A program made the translations under genes and the position numbers. The notes under the pieces are model-generated. The model did no database searches. It worked only from the letters and a program-made list of their open reading frames with translations, and had not been told where the DNA came from. From NCBI GenBank assembly GCA_051047955.1, contig JBPGPT010000008.1, forward strand, positions 558,001 through 622,000: a stretch of 64,000 nucleotides of DNA. The letters run 5' to 3'. Shown one piece after another: positions 26,801 through 38,851 of this stretch (position 1 is its first letter; each line of letters starts with the position of its first letter). The DNA is from Cystobasidiomycetes sp. EMM_F5 (taxonomy: Eukaryota).

Positions 26801-27842
26801 AAAGGTCGACCTGGGTAAAGGCGCAGACAGCGAAACGTATCAAGCGTTCTTGAACGAGATTGATCTATTGGAGAGGCTGAAAGGTCACGACCGGATCATC
26901 CAGCTCGTCGCATCCGAAGTCAATGAAGCGCGGAGAAGTCTCATCATGGTCATGGAGATCGGCGAGATTGACATGAATGCGTTGCTTCAAGAACGTCAAG
27001 GCAAGAGAGTATCAATGAACTTTATCAGACACACCTGGGAGCAGATGCTCGAAGCCGTCAATGTCATACACGATGTCGGCATCGTGCATACAGACCTCAA
27101 GCCCGCCAATTTCGTGCTGGTCAAAGGCGCTTTAAAGCTTATCGACTTCGGTATCGCTAAGGCCATTCCAAATGATACTACCAACATTGCTCGCGATCAG
27201 CAGGTACTGTATAAGCAGTAGGATCTCATGAACCGCAAGCTGACGTGGTTCAATTTGCAGATTGGTACTGCTAATTACATGTCTCCAGAAGCACTGTCTC
27301 CGCACATGGCTCAGGGACCGCGTGGTGAAAGGGTCATGAAACTCGGAAGACCCTCAGACGTCTGGTCGCTTGGCTGCATTCTATATCAGATTGTATATGG
27401 GCACACGCCGTTCGGACGCATCAAGAATCTTGCAGCGAAAATGGCTGCCATTCAGACGCCAGGGTTTCAGATTGACTTTCCCGCCCAAACGATTCCAATT
27501 ACCCTGAAAGGCGAACCGCTACGAGAACTGGCCGTCATGGTTGAGGACGATTTGCTACGATGCATGAAGAATTGCCTTCGCTATGATCCCAAAAAGCGAG
27601 CCACTATTCCACAATTACTAGAAGACCCTTTTCTTCGCAACGAAAGCTCATCCTGCAAGTTAGATTCCAGCAACAAGCCTCGCGACAACGATGCCGACGA
27701 GAGTCCAATTGATCCCGAAACGATTGCGCACATTATCAGCAAAACACTCCAGTGGTCCCAAGGTCGCCTTCCCAGCCGAAACGAGCAAGAACGCTTCGTC
27801 GAAGCCATAGTTCGCCAAATTCAGCATCAAACAGCACGGTAG
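23846..27842 (+). CDS. MPS1: Mps1/TTK spindle-checkpoint dual-specificity kinase
   Basis: VTVKGKTYTRMGLLGKGGSSKVFRV, HTDLKPANFVLVKGALKLIDFGIAKAIPNDTTNIARDQQ|IGTANYMSPE, KLGRPSDVWSLGCILYQIVYGHTPF. Long disordered N-terminus. Confidence 0.95.
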
Positions 27843-28208
27843 CTTGCATATCAAAGGCGCCCACATCACAATAAAAAGCCGCATGCATCCCTTCAGGGAT
27901 GGGCGTGATTTAGTGTATTATACTGTATTTTCACAGTGGGTCTTGGAGGAGTGATGGATGAAGGCTTTGGGTGTGGCTGACAGTTGGTCTGCTTGTTGCT
28001 TGTACAAAGACGTTGTATGAATGCCATAAATTCAGTTTCGCCAAGAAATTGCGGGAGGCTCAGACAAGCGATTGACTGTTAAAATGCCAACACTTTGATG
28101 GTAATATATGCACTGTACAATGATGCCTCCTATACAGCATAATGCGAAATTCGATGCAACTGCCTACACCAAGAAATGAAATGAACGCGAATATTCAAGT
28201 GGGTGGCT

Positions 28209-31200
28209 CTATTTCCGGTCGTTTGATCTGCCTTGAGCGGTTGCTGAGCCAGGGGTACCTGTTGCAGGCGTTTCCGGACCCGCACTCGGACTCGGACCCC
28301 ATAGCATATTGCTTCCGACTGTCCACAGAGCGCCGACAAGGCCGACCGCGCGATTAACGACTCCTTTTTGACCCTCTTCGTCATCGTCTGATAAGTCAAA
28401 ACCGTACGAATAGCCATTAGACGCGGGATCGGACAACTCGCCGTCATCATAGCTGCTCTTGCGGGCTGCTTTCTTTGACGCCTCCGGCGAAGTTGGAGAA
28501 GATTGCGAGCGCATTGGCCGCCAAATACGAGCCACCGATGTGTAGGCGGGCTTGTTGCCAGCAGGTGACCCGGGATCAGGCGACAAGGTTCTCAAGAGAG
28601 AGGCTCGAGCCGGAGACGAGGAGCTTTCATTGTCCGATGCATTGCTCGGGCGTCGACCTTGCTTAGCTTGACCGTCCTTGTCTGACCAGCGCAACTGTGT
28701 ATTGATGGGTTTCTGAGCTTTGTCCTTTCCACCAAGATCACCAGTAGCAATGAGGGCGGCTCCATTCACGCCTTCTGCGAGACTGGGCAGATTGACGGCG
28801 CTCGCAAATGTGGGCGTACTTGGGAGGAAGGGCGAGTGGAACAGTTTTGCAGCCTCCTCGTCTTCCGATTCGGCACCATCTCTTGAACGGGCGATGGGTA
28901 CGGATGTTCGACTCCTCAGTCCACCGATGTACTCGTCGTTCGCAGAGGTAGAAGCCTTTGAATGGTATGCAGCATTTGCAGATGTCCCTTCCTTGCCTGT
29001 GCCGGTGGTTGCGATACCGGCAGCGCGGGCAAAGAGACCTGCAAGGCCTCGACCTACGTTCGCTGCTTTAGACGTAGGTCGCGAATCAAAATCCTCTCCG
29101 TCGCGTTCAGCTGTATATTCGTTGGCAGTATGCGGTGTATGTTCGATGTGCCCCCCATCGTCGTCACTATCATCTTGCTGACTGCGTGCATTGGCAGCTC
29201 GAAGAGCCGATGACGAATTTGACGGCGATAGCTTACTGCCAGTGACGCGGCTTTGTGGGGTCGAGTCGACATCTAGCTGAAAATCCATATGCGCGGCGTC
29301 ATCTTCGCTATCGTATAGATTATTACGAATCCGAGAAGATTCTTGCTGCTGCGGCCGAGCATCTCGTTGACGGGATCGTGGAATGTCCACAGGCTGTGAC
29401 TGCATGACGGCGGTTCCAGTGCCCAATTGGTTCAGACTGGCGGCAGGTGGGGGCGAGTAGGAAGGGACAGGAGAAAGCGAGTGTCCACCCGATGCGGATC
29501 GCGTGCGTCCAGACGGGTATGTATAGTGCTCGCTATTGAGAGAAGCTGTTGAACCTCCGCCACCAACGCGGTCCAGCAAAGACGATGACGACGAGCCTCT
29601 CGAAATAGAACGACCTCGAGTTGGCTCGTTAGCTGATGAGACGCTGTCACCATGAGCAACAGCATTCGGAGGGAATTTATCTAAGTATTCCGATCTGATC
29701 AGTCTGACAACTGCAACATAGTATATTCAGACAATCGGACTTACCAGCACTTCTTCCCCTTGAGGAGCCAGAGGCGTGAGAATTGTTTGGCATGTAGTCA
29801 AGAGTAGATCCACCTGGAGGTGTATCCTGTGCAGATCCGGTGCCGCTACCATACGGTGTTGATTCGTCACTGTCGTCATCTGCAAACATAGCCGCATGGG
29901 CTCTGCTCGCTCGGGTAGAAGCAGGTGGTACAGGAGGATAGTACTCATCAGACCCAGTAGCTGATCTATGATCTCTTTTCTTGAGGATGGATTTAGTGGG
30001 CACACCACCTCGGAAGGACGAAGGAGAAGTCGAGAGACCAAAGCTTCCCGGGCCATCGACCGAGAGGCCCGGCGACATGGCTGGCGAGACGGCGGCCGAA
30101 GAATTCGCTGAAGTAGATGAAGAGCTTCCCGGCGTGGCGCTAGTACTGTGATATGGTGGTGTTGTTTCGCCGTCCTGCATGTCTTCATCAAACATAGGAA
30201 GTTCGATTTCTCCTGTCGTTGAATCCTCCTGAGGTGCGGACACGGCAATGCGCAAGCCTTCTTCAGCTGAACTAGCCTGTGACTTTCCGTCTGTCCCTGT
30301 AGCCTGTCCGGCTTTGTTGACCGTCGCGCTCCTGCTCGGTACAGTATTATAAAAGTCGTCATTCTGCATGTCCTCATCTGGTGATTCGTCATGCGAAACT
30401 GGCGTTGGAGCAGGCCGATCCGGCGGTATCTGTACAGCTCCTCCAGGATGCCCAGGCGCTGGACCCAAGCCTAAATGCTCTTCCGCATCGAATACGTAGT
30501 TTACTTCAGTGCCGTACAATGCCTTGATGTGACCATCTTCGAGCACGACAATCGGAGTTGGGCCGGGTAGCAATTCAAACTCTTTCAGTGTCGTCGGCGC
30601 TAGCTTCGCAATAGTATGAGGCTCAAGCTTCTCTTCCGGTTGCGGTGCGCCCGGTTTGCTGCCGCCTTGTCTGGGTATAACTGAACCTGGGAAAAATCTG
30701 GCATTCGGATCGGACGGCGATAAGAAGGGTTTCATGAATGAGGGAGAGCGCGGAGACGAGGACCGGAAGGTGAGTACTTCCTCCTCATCGTCATCATCAT
30801 CCGACCCTTCCGACGAGGACGAAGTTGTATGACCCCTGTTGGTAGCTTGATTCACGCTGAGAGAATTGTTGCCGCTGCCACTGCCACTGGCGACTGGGCC
30901 TCCGTAGCGGTTGTATGGAGCACCGGCGGTAGTCTGTGTCCCTAGACCGCGAGCTGCTAGCAGTCTAGCTTGCTGCTGCTGCTGGAAATCATCTTCGACG
31001 TCTATGGATATACATTGGTCTACACGGTGATTAAAGGTGATATGTCGCTTCTTTGGCGGATGCGCGTTCTGCGAGTTGCGATGATGTCCCAGGTGCTGTG
31101 CTTCGTGCGACAAGTTGCGCCTCGTACTTGGTCTCCGTACGGGTGATCGTGATGAAGAAGAGGAAGAAGCAGAGGGCAGGTCGTAGGGTGTACCTCCAGC

Positions 31201-32556
31201 CGAGGCGTTTGCATCACCTGCCGAGTTGGAGGTCGAGTTTGCAAGAGCCGAGTCGGAAGCAGAGCCTGCAAGAGACGATGCGTGATGATCGCGCAGAATG
31301 CCGGCTAACGGAGGATCACTACCGCTACCTGAGCGCGCCCTTCCCCCTTCGCCGCTCGACGAGGTAGAACCGCTGCTGTTTTGCCTAGCTTTGTGCCCTT
31401 TCCTAGGCGAAGTATCTGATGGATGTGACGCGTCCGTATCCATGCCGATCGTAGTATCGCCGTCTTCTTCCTGAGCATCATCACCCATCCTCGTATCCTG
31501 TTGCGCATCGTACCCCTCGTCTTCAGAGTTCTCGAACGAACTGCTGACGCTCTCTACCGCTGGGCTCGCTGCGCCAGACGAAGGCACAGATAGTATATCG
31601 CTCAGTGATCGATGCTTGAGTATCGGTTTTATGATACCACGTCCATGCATATGCTGTGCCAGATGCGCTTTGCCACGGCTGGCTTGGCTGCCGGTGCTGG
31701 TGTGACTCCGCGAGGGTGAAACAAGAGGCACACCAGATATGGGGAGGAGTGACTTGTCGAGGCCAAGATAGTCTTCCGCTGTAGCTGCCTTTGCTGCGGG
31801 AACGGGATCGACTGCGGTATGTAGTGGGCCATATAACCACGTCACGTCAGAGTCTTTCAGCCTGCGGATAACGATATTCGACAAAATGGAGAGGATGGTT
31901 GCGTATAACCCAGCGGTTGTGTGGTATGTCACGGAGACAGAGGAGAGAAAGACTGCACAGTCAGCGGCCACTCGACATTTCCCACGACGGGTCGCACAAG
32001 GCCAGACCAAACTCTCGACCCACCAGTTGAGCGTCTCTGGCGATATCGTCTTTAGCTTTCCCCTCTGCTTTGCCCAAGTTCTCCACGAGGCATTCTCGAG
32101 CCTGACCCCGTTTGCAATTTCCGACTTGTGCTTTGTCATTGCCTTCCACGAGGTCCACACGTCGTCCTCCTGCCAGTCGTGGCTGAGGTAGTCTACGCAT
32201 ATCGAGGGCAGCCTCGTCTGGACGTTGCTGTCGTCGGGTACGTGCTGCTCAAAGTACGACTCTGACCGGGTCGACGACGAGCCGGGAATGAAGGGCGACA
32301 CTGCGACGACGGTCAGTGACGATGCGAGGTATACGCTGGGCTCCCATGACCCACTCGAGACATTGTACGGATACGCGGGAACCACGACCGAATGGGGCCT
32401 ATCTGTCGAGCTGCTGGCGTTGCTGCTGACCGAGCCATGACGGTCATGGCGGTAGCTGGGGGGTTGATTAGCTGCGTTAGTGCCAGTATGGCTGCCAGTG
32501 TTGCCGTTCCCATTCCCGTTCCCGCTATTGCTATTGCTATTGCTGCCTTCGCCCAT
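28209..32556 (-). CDS. REG1: Reg1-like protein phosphatase 1 regulatory subunit (DUF1752 domain)
   Basis: VDYLSHDWQEDDVWTSWK...NGVRLENASWRTWAKQR..LKTISPETLNW|LKDSDVTWLYGPL, KPILKHRS and the RVxF-like KKRHITFNHRVDQCISID. Confidence 0.88.
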
Positions 32557-32967
32557 CCTGGCTGCTCAATCTCTCCGTCAAATCGGGCTTGCTTCGATAT
32601 CGGCCTGAATCGCTCCCTTGGTCGTCGATACCGTGTCCAGTCTAGCTATCCCACCTCGTCGCAGGCTGTTGAAGCTGCGTTATTGCAAGTCGGAGATGGT
32701 GCCCGATTGTAATGGCAATGCGATGATTTGACTGACAGAGTGCCCTTGGCCCGTCGTTGTCAGGGTTGTATCTTGTATCCTGCTTGCGTCTGGTCTCGTC
32801 GTCGTCCCTCGCACGGCTTTCCGCCGCGAGTTGGTCTCGGATAAGTCGGCTTCAAGTCTCAATAATGCAAGGTCAGATGACTTTTTACATTACAAGTTAC
32901 TCTGCATCGAGTTATCGTGGAGATGCGCGGATACTGCGACTACGCACATCTCACTCCGTGTATGACT

Positions 32968-35900
32968 TTATCCCATGATGCACCGCGAGGCAGTTCTCCA
33001 CCCGAGCTCGACATTCTCCACCCACTCCCCGTCACCCTCCCATCCTCGCTGATTCACATCGCTCGACCCGACGTCAATCGCTTCCCGGATCCACCGGAGT
33101 GACTGCGACTGCCGTTCAGACAGTGTCGCTCTCCACGACTCGCTCGGCGTCCACGCTGCGTGCGAGAGCGGCTCGTGGATGAGCAGATTGATGGCCAACT
33201 GTATGCCCAGGAGAATAGGCAGGTGCATGGCTAGATTACCCCACTCAGTACACTCAACATCGTACACTGAACTTCCCGTGCACTCACTCGGTTGGCTGTT
33301 GAGCATATAGATCAACGCCGGCAGTGCCAGTGCATCTGATGAAGAGCCAGCAAAGGAAGCCAAGGTGGTCTTTGCTTCGTCAGGATGCAGCATAGCAGCC
33401 AGCTCCCACTGTAAGAGCAAACCTCATCGTCATTAGCACTACGGACGATTCACTTTCACCCCATCTGACCCACCATGCCCGGCTTGACATCTACGACGTC
33501 ATCAGTCCCAAAGCAGCAGGTTTCCTCTTCGTTGTCCTCGCTCGAAAAACCCAGCAATGCTCTTTGGATCTTGACGACCGCCATTCCCAATGGACCCGCA
33601 AGTTTGGCTGGGCCTGCAGCAGGTAGCCATTCAAGCGGGGCAGCCGAGACCAGGAATGTGGCAAGGACACGGTCAGTGTCTGCCGACTTGCAAGAAGGGA
33701 AGAAAGGGCGGGCAGAATAAGAAATGATATCTTGTACGATATCGGAACAAGGCGAACCGTCTTCGATTAGACTTGGTAGTCTTGTAGTTTCGTCCCCTAG
33801 GATTCGTCGCAGCCAGCCGTTCGTGTCGATATCAAACATCCCACGTACACCATGTGCGTGTTCAAGGCATGCTCGGTATACCTCAGGCGCAGCTTCGAGC
33901 CAGCCTTCAAAACTATCTACCTCGGACATTCGTGTAGTCAGATCAAGCGGCTGTATGGCAGTGGCGTAATAGTCTTGAGCAGTGAGAATCGCTGCTTCGC
34001 TTTGTGATGATGTCAGATACTGCATGTAAGGCTCTGCCAGTCTTGTATCGAGCTCTGCGCTAAAAGGTGTGGAAATCTCGTTGATGCTGTCTACTAGCAA
34101 AGACTTTGCCCAGGCCTTCATGACTGCAATTTCTCGCATGGTGAATGCGCTATAGATGTAAAACTTGACGTCAGCTTCGTCACATGGTTATGGGAGACCA
34201 TCACGACTCACCCAAACATACGCCCGCCCCACTCACACTCTCTGATCAGTCTACTTTTATCCGAATCCTGACCTCTCCGAATCCACACTGGACTATCCGC
34301 CAAAGCGCGCATAAACGTCTCGCCTCCATCGCCTTCGAGATGCTCTTCGTCCAACCATTCTCCTATCCGCTTCCCGCCGATCCTGCCGGGTGCTGTACAA
34401 TGCAGTCCCTTTGCGGCATGGCTTTTTGCTCTGAAAATCGAGAGTAACTCATTCTCCAATTTTTCTCTGTGGTCTCTTGATGATGCTCCAGTATTTGTGT
34501 CGAACGGTCCGTATATGTCTTCGTGAGATAGAGGAATACCTCTTGTCCAACATTCAGGATCGGGTGTAGGGCCTTCTTCAGCAAGTTCTTTGAACGTCCT
34601 CGGTGTCGTTCTCACACTGTCAGCGAGCACATAACCCGACTGCACGCGCTTCCACAATCTCGCAACTTCAGCCTCGGTAGCGCCATTATCGATAGCAGAA
34701 GAGAGGAAATCAGATACCGCCATGCGAGCCATGGCGGAATGGCCTGAATGACAATTATCGATGGATATATGGAGGACAAAGTAGTACGGATCGATGGATA
34801 GCTCACGGAGCTCGTGTGAGGTGACGAGGAGATGATAAGGCAAACCCTCGTAGGATAGCTGTGCCGAGTCGAGATTCGGAATAAGTCACGCACATCTTTG
34901 ATATCGCAAGAACCACTTACATTGAAACCGAGCATCTCTGGCAAGAATTCGTCTGGACTGATCGACATGGCCAGCTGGAGCATAGCTGCTACATACGGCT
35001 GCTTGTTTGGCAATTGACCTCTTTCATCCAGGTTCCACGGATAGAAGCCTTCTTCATCCGCTTTTGGTGTAACTGCATTGGCAAGCGAGTCCATGAGGCG
35101 CTCATACACTGCGCAGTGTTCTTTTTCGAGATCGCCATCGCCTAATTCTTCTGAAAGGACTTGCCAGGACACACGCGCCCCACAACGAGCAGAGGCAGCT
35201 GAGTGAGCCTGTTTTGTCTTGACAGTGTCGAGCCCAGTCGTCGTTTGGAAAGCCGATTGTAGCCAGCTACCATCGACGTATTTGACGACCTGATAGCAAG
35301 GAGATTCAATTACATTATTTCCAGGAATGGCACGTCTTGTCGAAGACTTACTGCACTCTGTTTGCACCATCTCTCTGCATCCAGTCGGTCTTTGAACATT
35401 TCTCGTTGTCCGCCGCTGGCTTTTCTCCGAGCGAGATACGCCTCGAATCGCTTCGCAGTATTGGAGTGCTGACGTGCTAGCCAGTCTTGAAATTGACCAT
35501 CTTGGAACGTCTCACCTAGGGAGAGAATACAGTCGGGATTACTCCTGAGTGAAGGTTCAGTAATCGGATTGAGGAGGGATGAGACAAATGTCAAGAGAAA
35601 TCTTCTCGCTAGAAGCGGTGCTTGCGGGTAGTAGGACAGGTTGTGACATCTGTAGTATAATTCGGGTATGGATACACTGTCTTTTCTCGGATCGATCTCT
35701 TCGTGCTCGAAATGTACAGTCTGCAGAGTTGCCTGCTTTTCGGGGTCGGCCAAGTGTTTGGCGTCTAATGGCTCGACGAGGGTGTGGGAGGAGGATGTCG
35801 ATGCGGAAGACAGAGACAGGGATCGATTGTTCAGTGCACTACCTCCGCCGCCGCCAATAACGACTCTTCTCCGGGCTGGTCTGCTCAATGATCGATTGCG

Positions 35901-36038
35901 GGCGCTTCTCTCCTGCTCGTCGCTCCCGCTGCTGGCCGGACTGCTGCTTCTGCTGCCAGAGCTTCGCCCTCCGTTCGCAGAGCTTGACGGTGGCGACGGG
36001 TCTACGTCTCTGGCCATCCATCCAAACAGTCGATTCAT
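32968..36038 (-). CDS. Heme-oxygenase-like diiron oxidase/oxygenase (HDO; iron-containing redox enzyme family), about 930 aa, 5 exons
   Basis: KYVDGSWLQ, WQVLSEELGDGDLEKEHCAVY, FLPEMLGFN|LSYEGLP, LRELSIDPYYFVLHISIDNCHSGH give an E/H/E/H/D/H ligand set. Followed by W..G....S.L......GGRMFG|AFT and a long helical C-terminal half. Confidence 0.8.
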
Positions 36039-36264
36039 GCTGGAGGTCAGGGAGCTTCAGTAATTCTTCAGTGTAGTACTGAGTGTAGTCAGTCTGTAAA
36101 AAGAAGTCCAATCCAGCTCAATCCTTTCAGCCTTTCTTGTTCAATCACGGATCGTCTTGGTCACGAGCCTGATCGTCACTCGCCGATGGGCTGCTATACA
36201 GTTTGTGACATAGTGTGGGGCGAAACAGCTTCCATTGCAACGTTGTGGGTTATGCACACGCTGT

Positions 36265-37175
36265 CTAGATGTAGCGCTGCTCCTGGAGATATCTCACCAT
36301 CTGCTGCACTCCCTCGTCAATCGTCGTCGAGTCCGTCTTGATGTGCAGCTCCGGAGACTCGGGAGCCTCGTATGGTGCAGATATCCCAGTGAAGTCTGTG
36401 CAGAGCCTCAAGCGCATCAGCGTCTCTGTCGCCTTGTTTGTCCTGACGCTCAGATCCGACCCACCCTTGATCTCCCCCGCTCTGGCCTTTTTGTACAGTC
36501 CCTTTGGATCCCGCTTCTCCACGCTCTCTAGGCTAGCGTCCACGAATACTTCGATGAAAGGTAGTCCAGCCTCTACGTGTAACTTCCTCGCCAAATCTCG
36601 GTCGGCCTTGTATGGCGATATGAAGGCGGTAATGGCGATCGTGGACGACGATGCAAACAGCTTGGACACTTCGCCTATCCGTCGGATATTCTCCACTCTA
36701 TCAGCAGGCGAGAATCCGAGATCCTTGTTCAAGCCAAACCGGATATTGTCGCCGTCTAGACGGAACGCTCGCTTGCCCAGTTGGAGGATGGCAGATTCGA
36801 GCGCGACGCCGAGCGTAGATTTGCCAGAGGCTGGGAAACGATGAGGGGCAACTGTTAGTGAGTGCGTATGCTTCGCCTGCTGTAAACGCCCACCGCTCAG
36901 CCCCGTCAGCCATACGGTTGCGCCCTGCTGGCCAGTCAAGTTTGTCCGGTCTTCATGGGTGACGGTGGAAGCGCTGCGAATGGCGTATAGTCATGATCCA
37001 GGCATATGTAGGAAGCAGAGTGATTGCAGAGTATCGCAGCCCATTGCAGAGTCGTAAATGTCGACAGAGATGCAGCGGATGATCGAGAATTTTATCATTC
37101 CAAAGTCAGCATTGCGATACAGGATACCGCATGCTAAGGCTGATGGACGTACTGCCAGGTGATGTTTGTTGCCAT
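36265..37175 (-). CDS. MET14: Adenylyl-sulfate (APS) kinase
   Basis: MATNITW|HAS, VWLTGLS|ASGKST P-loop, [56 protein letters not shown]. Confidence 0.96.
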
Positions 37176-37525
37176 TGTGGAGTTGGGTAATAAGGTATCT
37201 TTTGACTCAAAGTGGTCAGTGCAAAGATGGTTAAATGTTATTTCGAAGCGATGGCGCAAGAAACCTGAAGTTGGAGAACTCATCAATCTTTGACAACATA
37301 GTCATTCTCATACATACTATCCCGGACACTACCAAACCAACGACGACTGCAACGAAAGAAGCAACAGACCTTCGGTAATCCATAGAAACGTGCAGAAGGC
37401 TATGAAGCGAAGACGAAAACCACTCTGGCCAATTCTTGCAGCGCAAACACTCGCATAGAGTTGAGGTCCTGATAGGGAGGAAGCAGCCGACGTGCTGAGC
37501 AGGAAGAGCGTTACCGACTCCGACT

Positions 37526-38555
37526 TCAGTACGTCGACTTGTCCCATGACGGATCTTGCAAGAAGGTGATGAGTGTCTTGGAGCCCGTCTGAGTACATCA
37601 TATATCATAATGATGTATAGTGTGTCAGTGTAAACTGCTCACACATTCGGTCGCGATGATGGACTGCCCACCTGTAGTAAAGGATGACCGGCGACAATTT
37701 GCAAGAACCGCTCCAGCCCTTCTCTTCGCGTCTCGATGACCTCGTCTGTGAAGCGATTTGTAAACACCTTGCCCGGGAGAGGTGGAATGTTAACCCGTGT
37801 CGACTCTCGTTCGAGAATGTCGCGAAATGCTTCAAAGTCGGAACTGGGGCAGTGTGACAGCAGAATGAAACGCGCGCATACGCATATCAGCTCAGTCTCA
37901 CGAGTAATGTGCCTATGCCTGTCAACCTACTACCGCCGCCGCACAGACGAGTACTTGACCTTGAATGCGGGGATATTGGTCTGTAAGAGGAATAGTCAGA
38001 ACCAATCGCTGGGTCTACACAGTATGCATTGGGGTAATGTATAGACTCACCCTGCACATTATCTCGTAGTCTGTGTACATTTTGCGACCAAAATCTGGAG
38101 ATGGCAATTATACAATGCTGTCACCATCAGACATGTGCGCGGTCCGCGTAGAGGACGCTAGACTTGCCGTGCGTTCTTGGGTCTCTCACTAATCACGGAA
38201 ACAAGATGATTGGTTTATCAGCTTATCCATCCCGCGCAGGGTGCACATGCCTCTATCGTTGCGCACCTTCAATCTCGAGATAATTCTCGGGCACGGCGTA
38301 CAGATCCTCTACCTCTGCTCTTCTCCCGATCTTTGGATCAATCTGTTGTTGGTAGCTGACTGCGCCTGCGTTTCCATTCTCATCGTTTGCATCGGATCCA
38401 TCGATACCGTTGTGTGACGATGACCCTGCCACAGCACCCGACGAGGACGCGGAAGGTAGAAAGTTGTCGTAGCCGAATCCGCCAGAACTGAAGCTGTACC
38501 CGGGAATGATACTGTTTGTAGCGTGGCTTCCTTCGATACGCGCGAATGCCTGCAT
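37526..38555 (-). CDS. SNX3: Sorting nexin 3 (PX domain)
   Basis: Spliced [81 protein letters not shown]...GHPLLQ|TGSK...[10 protein letters not shown]. Confidence 0.93.
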
Positions 38556-38851
38556 GGCCTGGTATCTATATCGACTGCGCTTGGCTGATGTTCAGGTAGT
38601 CGAGCCGTTTCCTTAAACGATGTGCTGACAATCAACAGTCTGCAGTAAGGTCAGGTCGTTCAGATTCAAGACTCGTTATCGCTTCAGTGTTTGATGTGAA
38701 GATAATCCCGGCCAGCCTGTGCCGTCAAGGGTGGCGGTCCCCGGGCCAGCACTTGCATTTCGTAATCAAACATCTTGGTTGCTTCCACCCACTTCTATCG
38801 GACAGTTGACTATGCTACACGGTGATTCTAGTTATTATTCTACATTCGAGG

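Noticed and set aside
36974..37152. Intronic box C/D snoRNA in MET14
   Set aside because: Only an imperfect C box (ATGATAA), with no proper CTGA D box or terminal stem.
20241..37175. Secondary-metabolite gene cluster (SnoaL-like pair + HDO + APS kinase)
   Set aside because: The genes are separated by housekeeping genes (RNH203, MPS1, REG1), and no PKS, NRPS, terpene synthase, sulfotransferase or transporter is present.
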